Source: Octopus sinensis (taxonomy: Eukaryota). Taken from it: a stretch of 63,086 bases of DNA. Location: positions 1-63,086 of the forward strand of contig NW_021833821.1 in NCBI RefSeq assembly GCF_006345805.1, in the 5' to 3' direction. Below the pieces are notes generated by a model. That model had not been told where the DNA came from. It did not search any database and was given only the letters and a program-made list of their open reading frames with translations. This document shows, piece by piece, positions 1-11,612 of this stretch. The position numbers were made by a program, and so were the translations under genes. Each line of letters begins with the position of its first letter. The first letter of the stretch is position 1.

Positions 1-242
1 ATTACGAAGCAATGGTGGGAACAAACAAAGACAAAGACACGAATATATATGATATATATATATATATATATTATATATATTAAGATATATATAATATATA
101 TATATATTATATATATATATATATATATGCATATATATATAGTTGACTTTTTTTAGAAAACAAAATATAGGTATAATTATATTATACATACACACACACA
201 CTATATATATATATATACATCTATATATGTACATACATTCGT

Positions 243-277
<35 letters not shown>

Positions 278-336
278 ATATATATATATATATAACGTAT
301 ATATACATAACTTGGACGTTTTCCAAACCACATCTG

Positions 337-415
337 TAGGAAATTTCCTGTAGAGCAAAATGGCCGTAAATATATTAAATATTTACGGCCATTTTACTGT
401 ACAGGACATTTCCTA
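337..415. repeat. Near-perfect 79-nt palindrome (37-bp arms, 3 mismatches, 5-nt loop)
   Basis: TAGGAAATTTCCTGTAGAGCAAAATGGCCGTAAATAT (337-373) is the reverse complement of 379-415 except at three positions; loop ATTAA. Confidence 0.9.
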
Positions 416-978
416 AATATATTATTATGTCTAAATATATTAAATAACGAAAGCATTATGAAAATTTGTTCAATTCTGAGTATTTACTAATTTCCAGACG
501 ACCAAATACAAGTCATTTATTACAGGGCACTACTTAATTAACCTAATTATTCCATTTGATTTTTTATTTGTTCAATTAATTTTAATTGATTATTTCCTAA
601 ATAGGACATTCACTTTCTTGTGGGCGGGGAGAGCTTTTCATTCTTCGTCAGCATAAATGCAATGAGAGTTTGGTTAGCATCGTGGAAATAAATGTAAAAA
701 GTAAACTGCTGGTGGCGCTCAGTAAATATTTCAAATATTGAGTGACACAGTTAATTAATAGTGACCAGAATTCAATGTTTTATAAAAATGCTGACTAAAA
801 AATTCATAAAATATTAAATAAAAAGATAACCCCATTTCAAACGAACGAAATTAAGCCTTCAGGAATGATTGATAATTTTATCATGAAACATTAAAAGAAT
901 GTTGGAGTTTTAAAAATATGTTTAAAATAACGAACTATAGTTTCTGAATTGATTGCAAAAAAAAAAAAAAAGAAAGTA

Positions 979-1406
979 GGCGCAGGAGTGGTTGTGTTGT
1001 AAGTAGCTTGCTAACCAACCACATAGTTTTCCGGGTTCAGTCCCACTGCGTGGCATCTTGGGCAAGTGTCTTCTGCTATAGCCTCGGGCAGACCAAAGTC
1101 TTGTAAGAGTATTTGGTAGACGGAAACTGAAAGAAGCCTGTCGTATATATGTATATATATATATATATATAATGTGTTGTGTGTGTGGTGTTTGTGTCTC
1201 TGTGTTTGTCCTCCTAGCATTGCTTGACAACCGATGTTGGTTGTTTCGTCCCGTCACTTAGCGGTTCGGCAAAAGAGACCGATAGAATAAGTACTCTGGC
1301 TTACAAAGAAATATCCTGGGGTCAATTTGCTCGACTAAAGGCGATGCTCAGCATGGCCGCAGTCAAATGACTGAAACAAGTAAAAGAGTAAAAAAGTAAA
1401 GAGTAA
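979..1406 (+). mobile_element. tRNA-derived SINE family A, full copy
   Basis: Head GGCGCAGGAGTGG with A-box-like and B-box-like (GGGTTCAGTCCC) motifs, internal (TA)/(TG) linker, tail ...CATGGCCGCAGTCAAATGACTGAAACAAGTAAAAGAG; many similar copies in the window. Confidence 0.9.
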
Positions 1407-1517
1407 AGGTGACAAAATCGCATGCTATAAAATTTTAAGATTCATTGCCAAATATGGAGATGTTACCGACTGTACATGAAGACATAAATAATAACATGGA
1501 CCCACTATTGTTATTTT

Positions 1518-1680
1518 TTATCCTCTAGGCACAAAGCCTGACATTTTTTAGGGAGGGGGCCAGTCCATTAGATCGACCCCAGTACGCAACTGGTACTTAA
1601 TTTATCGACGCCGGAAGGATGAAAGGCAAAGTCGACCTCGGCGGAATTTGAACTCAGGGCGTAAAGACAGACGAAATACC
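1518..1680 (-). mobile_element. SINE family B (subtype B2 tail), 5'-truncated
   Basis: Reverse complement of the conserved core GAGTTCAAATTCCGCCGAGGTCGACTTTGCCTTTCATCC..AAGTACCAG. Confidence 0.85.
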
Positions 1681-1913
1681 TATTTCTTTACTATCCACAA
1701 GGGGCTAAACACAGAGAGGACAAACAAGGACACACAAACGGATTAAGTCAATTATATCGACCGCAGTGCGTAACTGGTACTTATTTAATCGACCCCGAAA
1801 GGATGAAAGGCAAAGTCGACCTCGGCGGAATTTGAACTCAGAACGTAGCGGCAGACGAAATACCACTAAGCTCTTCGCCCGGCGTGCTTAACGTTTCTGC
1901 CAGATCACCACCT
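1681..1913 (-). mobile_element. SINE family B (subtype B1 tail)
   Basis: Same core plus tail resembling TTGTCCCCTCTGTGTTTAGCCCCTTGTG..AGTAAAGAA. Confidence 0.9.
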
Positions 1914-2049
1914 TATTGACCCTATATCGGGTGCTGTTATACATATCTGGTCGCAATGCACCGTTGTTTCAGATTTCGAACAATGTCACACACTGGCTAG
2001 GCGGGCAGACACACAGGCCCCTCGATTAAAAGCTAGTGTTTCACACGGT

Positions 2050-2190
2050 TACTCATGTTCAGCCAAGTGGATAGTAGCAACCTGAAATGAAGTGCTTTGC
2101 TTAAGAACACAACGCACAGCTGGTTTGGGAATCGAACCCATGTCTAACGATCGACAGAGTAACACGTTTTACCACGAGGTCACGCGCTTT
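2050..2190 (-). mobile_element. Degenerate tRNA-SINE head (family C/D-like)
   Basis: Reverse complement gives a B-box GGGTTCGATTCCC and GTTGTGTTCTTAAGCAAAGCACTTCATTTCA, similar to 18960-19010. Confidence 0.6.
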
Positions 2191-2669
2191 CACAGTGTGT
2201 AATATACTATTACTAAATTCTCTCCGAAATACTTCAGATTCACCAAGACTTAACGAAATGGAAAGATCTTTCAAAAAACACTTTGGTAATCTGCAAGCTT
2301 CAGAATTCTCAAAAGACTTAGATGAAAGTAGTAGACGTGATATGGATTCGGTATTACTAATGTACGTGTATTATATCCAAATTCTAATAAAGAAATCTTG
2401 GAATAGTTCCAATTTGCCAAACCATTTCAAAACTGACGCAATAAATACTACAATATTTAACGTATTCAAAGAATATTTAATGCAAAGTATATTCGTCTTG
2501 CACGCAAATGTTGCATGCCGAACTTATAAAATTGCTTATATAATTAATCCCTGTCGTGGACGTTTAAAAGCGGCAGATTCCAAGTATGGCTTTGTTTCAC
2601 TGCATTATGTCACATCAATAACTGGCGGTAAAAATATCTCAGATGTAGAAATTATAAATTTTAGCACAT

Positions 2670-2814
2670 TATTAAAATTATTTACATTTGACGGATATTT
2701 GTCTTCATCTTGATTGTTGTTAGCACAACATTTCGGCTCATGTACCCTCCAGGTTTCATCAGGTGTCTACGGGAAATTTCGAACCTGGCTTCTCATTGCT
2801 AAGGTATTTTTTAA

Positions 2815-2865
<51 letters not shown>

Positions 2866-2947
2866 CATTATTGAGGTCACAGCCTGGAATCGAACTCGGA
2901 ATCATGGGGTTAGTAGCCCGTGCTCCTAACCACTACACCATATGCCC
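2670..2947 (-). mobile_element. tRNA-headed SINE with (AAT)n linker and hammerhead-containing, Penelope-like tail (family F)
   Basis: Minus strand: A box TGGTGTAGTGG (2930-2940), B box GAGTTCGATTCCA (2885-2897), (AAT)n, then GACAC-CTGATGA..GCC-GAAA-TGTT-GTGCT and tail CAAATGTAAATAAT, the tail also seen at 19174-19246. Confidence 0.8.
2722..2767 (-). ncRNA. Minimal type I hammerhead ribozyme motif, stem II degenerate in this copy
   Basis: GACAC CTGATGA A ACCTG GAGGGTACA TGAGCC GAAA TG TT^GTGCT; stem I GACAC/GTGCT, loopless helix III as in Penelope-associated minimal hammerheads. Confidence 0.65.
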
Positions 2948-2954
2948 AAGGGAC

Positions 2955-3023
<69 letters not shown>

Positions 3024-3048
3024 TTGTGACGAGCTGCTACGTTACGTT

Positions 3049-3289
3049 GACGTAAACACATCAACACAGGTTGTCAAGCGATGGAAGAAGGGGCCAAACA
3101 GAGAGACATACGTGGTAAGTAGCATGCTTACCAACCACATGGCTCCGGGTTCATTCCCACTGCGTGGAACCTTGGACAACTGTCTTCTACTATAGTCTCG
3201 GGCCCACCAAAGCCTTGTGAGTGGATTTGGTAGACGGGGCAACTGAAAGAAGCCTGTATACACACACACACACACACAAACACACACAC

Positions 3290-3327
<38 letters not shown>

Positions 3328-3663
3328 GCCTATTCGCATATATATATATATATATATATCATATAAATATATATATATATATATTATATATTATATATAT
3401 ATTATATATATATGATATATCTATATGTGTGTATGATTGTGTGTCTGTGTTTGTTCTCCACAACATCGCTTGACACCGATGCTGGTGTGTTTACGTCCCT
3501 GTAACACATAGCGGTTCGGCAAAAGGGAACGATAGAATAAGTACTAAGCTTACAAAGAATAAGTCCTGGCCCTATTTGCTCGACTGGATGCAGTGCTCCA
3601 GCGTGGCTGCCGTCAAATAACTGAAATAGGTAAAAGCATAAAAGATTATATATATATATATAT

Positions 3664-3703
<40 letters not shown>

Positions 3704-3850
3704 GCTTTTTCAGTTTACATCTACCAAATCTACGCAGCTGGCTTTGGTCGGTACGAGGCTATGGTGGAAGACACTTGCCCAAGGTGCCAGGCAGTGGGAC
3801 TGAACTTGGAACCATGTGATTTGGAAGCAAGCTTCTTACCGCACAGCCAT
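3049..3850. mobile_element. Nested family A SINEs: plus-strand copy 3111-3644 inside a minus-strand copy (body 3049-3108, head 3701-3850)
   Basis: Both pieces match family A (979-1406) in opposite orientations. Confidence 0.8.
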
Positions 3851-4196
3851 GTCTGTTCAATAAACTGGTTAAATTTCTACAATGTACAAATTATTTTAAC
3901 AATATTTTCAATGCATTTCTTAATTGTATTTAATTAAAAAAATATGTGATTTTCTTTAAACATTGAAAAGCTACTAGGTTCCACCCGAGGTAAATAAGAT
4001 CCACAGGGATCCATAGCTAAAATATGGATTAAAAAACAATTAGTTCGAAGTAACCTTGATTAACAAAAATGAAGTGAAATAACTGCAGGGCGTATGTTTA
4101 CTATTGGCCTCATGACTCTGCGAGATATACAATTTATGGTGTATGCAAGTTCGTATTCAAGAACCCTTCAAACCAAATGTAAAAACGAATTCTTGT

Positions 4197-4300
4197 AAAT
4201 TCTGGCAATAAAAGAATAAAAACGGGAGATTACTGGATATCGTTTCTGCTCCTTCATATTGAGTGGAGAGAGGATTCAGTGTCATGTCGCAATTGTTAAT
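4197..4300 (+). pseudogene. Degenerate hAT (Buster/Charlie-like) transposase C-terminal fragment
   Basis: One frame reads KFWQ*K..LDIVSAPSY*VERGFSVMSQLL, resembling the hAT dimerisation-domain motif FW..PS(S/T)YL(V/C)ERGFS; internal stops. Confidence 0.55.
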
Positions 4301-5276
4301 GAGTTGTTGATTGTTAATGAAGCAGTTAAACACATTTGGAGTAATTTAATGAGGAGGCATGTCATTGAATTCCATTAGAAGGAGGTGAACTTTTACAAAT
4401 ATCTGAGAGCATGTACCAAAAAAAAAAAGTAAAAAACAAAAGAGAAGAAAACAAAAAGAAAAGATGTATGACACAAAATGTTAAGAACCAGTGTTTCATA
4501 ATAAAATTTAAATACAGAGAAGCGAATTATCTTAAATGTATATGGATATGTACTTCACAGAATATAACATTATTCGACAGAAGAAGAAAAAAAAATTAAA
4601 TATGTTAATTAATGTATGTGATATAAAGGTTTTGAATAAATAATTAAATAAATAAATAAATAAATGAATGAATGAATAACTATCTAAATAAATGAATAAG
4701 TTAATTAAATCAAAACCGTTACTCGAAAACTCTATTTTCGAATCAATACTATGTGTTAGCCGTTAGAAGATTGCATACGTTAAGTTTGCTAGTCACGAAT
4801 CATCCATCACAGATGACACGGTAAATAGAATAACATACAATAAAATACATCTACAAGAATTTAGTTCTGTGTGTTGTTTTTGCTTTTTGCTTTTTGCTTT
4901 TTTTTTCTTCCTTTTTTGGCGAAACGTTATTAACGTATTATCACAGTATAACATGCATTATTAATACAAAAATGTTATGATTGCATTGCATTGCATATGT
5001 AATACAGAATAAAATAATAACTCCTAGTACATAATCTTATTGAAATTCTTTTACCCCCGAAACTATATCACATTTGCACACTCACGCACGTATATATTTA
5101 TACATACATACATACATATATACATACATACATACATACATACATACATAGATACATACATACATACATACATACATATAAGTATATATATTTGTATATA
5201 CATATGTATGTATATATATATATGTATATATGTATACACATATAGGATCTTATGCGTACATATATGTATACATAAC

Positions 5277-5307
<31 letters not shown>

Positions 5308-5335
5308 CACCATATTATGTATGTACGTATGTATA

Positions 5336-5378
<43 letters not shown>

Positions 5379-6381
5379 ATATATATATGTATATATACAT
5401 ATATATGTATATATATATATGTATATATACACTATATGTATATACATATATTATATATATGTATGTATATGTATGTATATATATATGTACATATATATAT
5501 ATAATATATTATATATATATGAATACAAATGTATATATGTATGTATATGTATATACACTTACATAAATACATACATACACACATATATACATTATATGCT
5601 TAAAAGGATGCACTTTAAATGTTCATAGGAAAGAGAAGGTACGTAAACCGAATTAAAGGGAGCATGTATCAAGTTTTTTTCCCCTTCCTTTCCTCTTCCG
5701 ATGCTTATCCGGAACATTCGTTACTGTTTGTTTCAACCCTCTAAAACTCCTTTGGTCGCAGTAGAAATGGACTCTTTAAATGTGTCAAGATATTATAAAA
5801 TATATAAATAAATAAAAAAGTTCATTCTGGTTAAAAATGAAAAAAAAAAAAAAAAAAGAAAAAGCAACCTTGTTTTGATCTAGATATCGATGCTAATCTG
5901 GAGGAGGATGAACTCATAGAATTTTCCAGTCACGAATTATTTATCAGAGGCGATATTGAAGAATGGAATGAGGTGCGCTTACGTGTCTTTGGTGTTTACA
6001 TCACTCCTATTATTAACGGTAAAGCGTAAAATATCGTAATTGATTTGCATACCTAATATGAATTCGTGGGAAACTCGTAACTTATGAAAGATTTTCGTAA
6101 TGCTTCGGTAAACATATTAAAAATTCAACGGTTTTACCAAATGTTCTGTCATGGCCGATACAGACACTTTCGTTTAATATCTATGGTGGTTAGAGTTAAA
6201 GAAAATAGACAACATACATGGAATGTATTTCTCTCTATTTCTCCCTCCTTCTGTTTCTCTTTATGTGTGTGTGTGTGTGTGTGTGTTTGTGAGTACATTT
6301 TCATGACATTTTCACATTGCTCGCCAATACATGGTCTTAAGCTTGTAAGTTCAATATCTTTCACAGACTACATCTCAAATG

Positions 6382-6771
6382 TCTTTATATATAAAGCTGA
6401 AGTTGTCTGTGTGTGGCAGGTTTGGTAGCCTTCAACTAACACTATCTTCTCCCAGACCCTGCAGCGCGAGTTGACCAAAATTGAGAGTATCATAGAAAAA
6501 GGCTTGCTCTTCACTCCGTAGAAGATAAAATTCAAATCGGACCATGTTAAGATCAAAACTTATTTACATCAAAAAGGTGCTCTTTTTCTATGAAAATCCC
6601 TGTTTTTTACGATTTTTTGACTGCTGTGTCACCATTTTTCGGTGTATTTCAACCAGAAAAATGTACTCTTAAAGAGAATAACAAGCTACATAATGCAAAA
6701 TTTTTACTTTTCAAAAATTCCAATTCTAAATGGTCGAAACAAACCCGAGCAACGCCGGGCGATACTGCTAG
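6382..6771 (+). mobile_element. Non-autonomous Helitron-type element
   Basis: 5' TC(TTT)ATATATAAAGCTGAAG, subterminal hairpin CCCGAGCAACGCCGGG, 3' CTAG followed by T; two more copies at 36181-36570 and 36938-37336. Confidence 0.8.
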
Positions 6772-6882
6772 TGTCTTTATATTTCTCCCCACCTCACTCT
6801 CACTCTCCCTCAAATAATTATTTCTTTGACAGTATATTTCACATTCTTTATTTATTTTAATTTTAAATTACAGTATAACATT

Positions 6883-7547
6883 AAGACGGTAAGCAGGTAG
6901 AGTCCTTAGCTAGCTTAGCGGCATTTCGTCAGTCTTTACGTTCTGAGTTCAAATTCCGCCAAAGTCGACTATGGATTTTATCTTTCGAGAATCGATAAAA
7001 TAAGTACGAGTGGAGTACTGGGTTTCATGTAACCCACTTACCCCCATCCAAGTGTAATTAATTCGTCATAATTTCAAGCCATAACGCAGCGATATGGTAG
7101 ATTCCTCAGAACGCCGGGCAAACAGCTTACCCTAATTTCGTCCATGTTTACGTTCTAAGTTCAAACTCCAGCGAGGTCGGCTCTGCTTTTCATCCTTCGG
7201 AGTCGATAATAAAAATACCAGTTTAATACAAGGCTCCCTCAAAATTGCTGGATGTGTGCCAAAATTTGAAGCCGTTATTATTGTGGGTAGAAATACATGA
7301 TGTTAAGCGAACCATATTTACGTATATACACATATTATTTCTTTACTGTCCACAACGGGCTATACACAGAGGGGACAAACAAAGACAGACAAACGGATTA
7401 AGTCGATTACATCGACCCCAGTGCGTAACTGGTACTTATTTAATCCACCACGAAGGGATGAAAGGCAAAGTCGACCTCGGCGGAATTTGAACTCAGAACG
7501 TAGCTGCAGACGAAATACCGCTAAGCATACTGCCAGCTCACCGCCTT
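6883..7547. mobile_element. Cluster of three family B SINEs (6883-7060 +, ~7085-7282 +, 7336-7547 -)
   Basis: Each carries the GAGTTCAAA.TCC..CGAGGTCG..TTTGC.TTTCATCC.TTCG core. Confidence 0.8.
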
Positions 7548-8001
7548 GCGTATATACACATGTATACATAGATATATGCATCTACTTGTAGACAAATATA
7601 CACACGTATATAAACATTGTTTTATGATGTGTACCAAACGATTAATCAAAAAACACTTTACGAATGAACCGAACATGGAATGTTTTATATTTGATCAATG
7701 TCAGAACGAGGGCTGGGACTTAATATGTCTGGAAACAGACTATCGAAACTGTACTTCCATTAATAAAACGATGGGGAGAAATTTTAGAGAGATTTCATTG
7801 CTATTTCTAGAAAGTGACTTTTGCTCTTTGTTTTCTTCACTGCTGAATATTTTTGTGATGGCTGCCGTTTAAAAATATCTGACAATCCTTGTCTGGTATA
7901 ATTTCTAAATTCTAAATGTGATTGATAACCTACCAATACTTTAACTGTCTACTGTGTTTCTTCTTTTCGTTTTCATGTAAGGAAGTGGTTTTTTTTTTAT
8001 A

Positions 8002-8410
8002 TACTCTTTTACTTGTTTCAGTCATTTTACTGCGGCCATGCTGGAGCACCGCCTTTAGTCGAGCAAATCGACCCCGGGACTTATTCTTTGTAAGCCCAGT
8101 ACTTATTCTATCGGTCTCTTTTGCCGAACCACTAAGTGACGGGGAAGTAAATACACCAGCATCGGTTGTAATTCAATGCTAGGGGGACAAACACAGACAC
8201 ACAAACACACACACACATACACACATATATACATATACACATATATGCGACAGGCTTCTTTCTGTTTCCATCTACCAAATCCACTCACAAGGCATTGGTC
8301 GGCCCGGGGCTATAGCAGAAGACACTTGCCCAAGATGCCACGCAGTGGGACTGAACCCGGAACCATGTGGTTGGTAAGCAAGCTACTTACCACACAGCCA
8401 CTCCTGCGCC
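8002..8410 (-). mobile_element. SINE family A, full copy
   Basis: Reverse complement of 979-1406 over its whole length. Confidence 0.9.
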
Positions 8411-8772
8411 TATATATATATATATATATATATAGTTTATTTTCTCAAAATTCGTGGAAGACATATTCGAATGGAAAGTACATTTTGCTTTGAACGAACA
8501 CCGTGATTCCTCTCCATACATAACATTATTCCATAATTCATTCATTCGTTCATTCTCTCTTTTCCTCCATTTGATTCTGTGTTCGTTTATTCGTGGAAAC
8601 ATTTTTTAAAAAGTTTCTAGTGTCAATCAGTAAACTATTCTTTCTATCTTTTACAACAATATCCGGTTTATTAGCTTTAAAGGGTCGGCGGGATTGTACT
8701 AGAAAGTCCCAAAGAATTGTTACACATTCTCCCTCAGTTACAGCCTCCGTGTAGTCATTATACCACTTGTCG

Positions 8773-9006
8773 GCTTATTGCAGCACCTATTTGTTCCACT
8801 TACTTCTCGAGATTTTTGCTCGCTGTTCCCAGCACTCCGACAATTATTGGTACTACCGCTGCCTTTTTAATCGACCAAAATTGCTTGACCTCCCAAGCTA
8901 ACCTGTCATATCTCTCAACTTTTCTTCCTTCCTTATCGCATACCTTGTTGTCAGCTGGGCATGCTATATCTAGGAACCAGCATAGTTTGCTTTCTTTCTC
9001 AATTAA
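8773..9006 (-). pseudogene. R4/Dong-like non-LTR retrotransposon fragment, restriction-like endonuclease region
   Basis: Manual translation LIEKESKLCWFLDIACPADNKVCDKEGRKVERYDRLAWEVKQFWSIKKAAVVPIIVGVLGTASKNLEK*VEQIG matches the RLE C-terminus pattern D(I/V)ACP.D...KE.EK..KY..L..E...LW......VP(I/V)(I/V)GALG. Confidence 0.75.
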
Positions 9007-9009
9007 AAC

Positions 9010-9011
<2 letters not shown>

Positions 9012-9108
<97 letters not shown>

Positions 9109-9135
9109 TTATTATTATTATTATTATTGTTATTT
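9012..9135. repeat. (ATT)n microsatellite
   Basis: Direct reading. Confidence 0.95.
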
Positions 9136-9140
9136 TCATA

Positions 9141-9287
9141 AGGCGGCGAGTTGGCAGTATCGTTAGCATGTCGGATGAAATGCTTAGCGGCATTTCGTCC
9201 GTCTTTGCGTTCTGAGTTCAAATTCCGCCGAGGTCGACTTTGCCTTCCATCACCGAAATGTCAAGCCTTGTGTCTTTAGTAGAAATG
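9141..9287 (+). mobile_element. SINE family B2, internally deleted
   Basis: AGGCGGCGAGTTGGCAG head, GAGTTCAAATTCCGCCGAGGTCGACTTTGCC core, tail AGCCTTGTGTCTTTAGTAGAAA followed by (ATT)n. Confidence 0.8.
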
Positions 9288-9837
9288 ATTATTATCATTA
9301 TTATTCCAAAGCAGTTACATTTCTGGCCTTATTCCTAAACAAAAAAATAAGCACGTTATTAATCGTTCGTTCAAAATAATGTTATCTTTTCTTATAACGT
9401 TATTATTTCCTTTTGGCTGAGAAGTATTTGTCTTCTTTTGAGGAAATAAATTTGTTTTCTTTTATCTTCGTTTATTCACCGACCATAAAAACGTTCATTC
9501 TTTTAGTTCGAATCGATGCTACTATTTCTGGTGGATGTAACTACGTTAGCTTCCGTGTGGAAAAAAAAAAAGAGAAACTTTTTGTTCGGAAACTGAAGAA
9601 TTTTTTCTCTCTGAAAACGGAAAGCAGTAAGAAAAGAAATTTAATTTGTACCTGTTTGTCTAGACGGTTCACATTAATAAATATTAAATAGTTTTTCAAA
9701 CGAAGATTCACCTGGTAAGAATGCACAATGCTGAAAGCAAAGAAGTGAAGCACAACTTACTCGACCAGAACAAGAAATAATAAAAGATAAATAACATTAA
9801 AAATAATAACAATAACCGCAAGAGCAAGAAAAACAGC

Positions 9838-9889
<52 letters not shown>

Positions 9890-9912
9890 TAATAATAATA
9901 ATAATAGTAATA

Positions 9913-10136
9913 ATCCTTTTTTAGTGGAAGCACATTGCCTCAAATTTGGGGGAAGGGATTAAGTCGATTACATCGACTCCAGTGTATAACTGGTACTAAT
10001 TTTACCGACCCCGAAAGGATGAAAGGCAAAGTCAACCTCAGCAGAATTTGAACTCAGAACGTAACGGCAGACGAAATACCGCTATATACTTTTCCTGGTG
10101 TGCTAACGATTCTGCCAGCTCGCCACCTTAGTAATG

Positions 10137-10198
<62 letters not shown>

Positions 10199-10384
10199 CC
10201 CTTCAATTGTAGACACGAGGCCTGAAATATGGGAAAAGGAGTAATTCGATTACATCGACCTGTGGACTCAGATGGTACTTATTTTATTGACCCCGAAATG
10301 ATAAAACGCAAAGTAAACCTCGGTAGCATTTGAACGTGGAACGTAAAATTTGACGAAATGTCGCCAAGCATATTCTGCCAGCTA
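9913..10384 (-). mobile_element. Two tandem family B2 SINEs (9913-10130, 10197-10384) separated and flanked by (AAT)n
   Basis: Reverse complement of the family B core in both copies. Confidence 0.8.
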
Positions 10385-10891
10385 TTATAATATTAAAATA
10401 AACATAAGAGAGAGAAAGAGAGACAGTGAGAGGGGCAGACAAACAAACAAAGACAGTAGAGAGAGAGAGAGAGAGAGAGCAGTTATAAAATGTGTGTGTG
10501 TGTGAAGGGGAAAGATAGAAAATATGAGAGAAACGCTACAAAAAATAGTAGCTGTGTGCCAAATATATTTGACAGTTTGCCATCAATTTAAGTAGACAGA
10601 ATGAGAAAAATCCGAGTTGCTCTGAGTCACAGTTTTGCTTCCATGTCAATTTTGGTGATAAATTGATCGAATGAAGTTTAACCGAGAAGTGTATTGTTGG
10701 TGAAACCGAGTTAAAAAAAAAATAATGGAAGAAACATATCGCTCGATATCACATGACCTGTATAACATGTCTGTTCAGTTCAGATAATTCCAGATTAGAT
10801 CAGAAGAGATTATCAATTTGAAAGTTCATACAAGACATCGATAATTTGGTTTGTAGTGAGAGGTGAAGAAAGATATAGCGTTTCGTATTTT

Positions 10892-11310
10892 GGATCTTTT
10901 CGGTTTGAACGGCAGTTTTTTCTATCGGTGTCATATGAAATTGTCACCCATAACTATGACCCTAGTATCGATCTATTGCATTTCAATCTGTTTTCGGATT
11001 AGGGTTAGGGGTAGGGGGAAGGGTATCTTTTTTTCTTCAGAAATATAAATATACCCAATCTGTTTCTTAAACGGCACAGAATGTTTTTTTTCTTACCTCA
11101 ATAGAAGTCAGTGATTGGTTGAAATTGCAGAAATTGAAATTGCAGAAGTTGAAGAAAAAAACAACAAATATCTTACAAACTATAGAATTTTCTCAATAAA
11201 GCCAAGAGAAAAAGATGTTTTATAAACACATTCTACCAGTATACGAAGTTTAAAATTTTTTAGTTACCTAGAAATTATGTTAAAAACTGCCGTTCAAACC
11301 GAAAAGATCC
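10892..11310. mobile_element. MITE with perfect 29-bp terminal inverted repeats
   Basis: GGATCTTTTCGGTTTGAACGGCAGTTTTT (10892-10920) and AAAAACTGCCGTTCAAACCGAAAAGATCC (11282-11310); internal TTAGGGTTAGGGG motif; no coding capacity. Confidence 0.85.
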
Positions 11311-11469
11311 CGTGTTTTTGTTCTTCAGTTGAAAGTGTACAAAAATGGAAATGTGGGTGGCTGGTCGGACTTCGTGGTGGTTGTGGGGCTATTGTTTGGG
11401 ATCATGGAGGTAAATAAATAGTGAATTAATATTCCCTTTTCCCCTTTTATTATAGGGCTATTGTGGGCT

Positions 11470-11612
11470 AGTCGAGTATATCGATCCCATTGTTCAGCTG
11501 GTACTTATTTTATCGACCCCGAAATGATGATAAACTAAGTCAAACCTTTTGGAGTCTTAGCTCAGAACGTAAAACTGGAATAAGTGCTACTAAACGTTTT
11601 GACCGACGACCT
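11470..11612 (-). mobile_element. Degenerate family B SINE
   Basis: CTGGTACTTATTTTATCGACCCCGAAATGATG...CTCAGAACGTAAA. Confidence 0.6.

Noticed and set aside
620-652. Minus-strand CTGACGA..GAAA
   Set aside because: No stem II can form between the core halves
2873-2947. Possible tRNA gene
   Set aside because: A and B boxes are present but there is no convincing acceptor stem or cloverleaf, and it runs into an (AAT)n linker and repeat tail; interpreted as a SINE head
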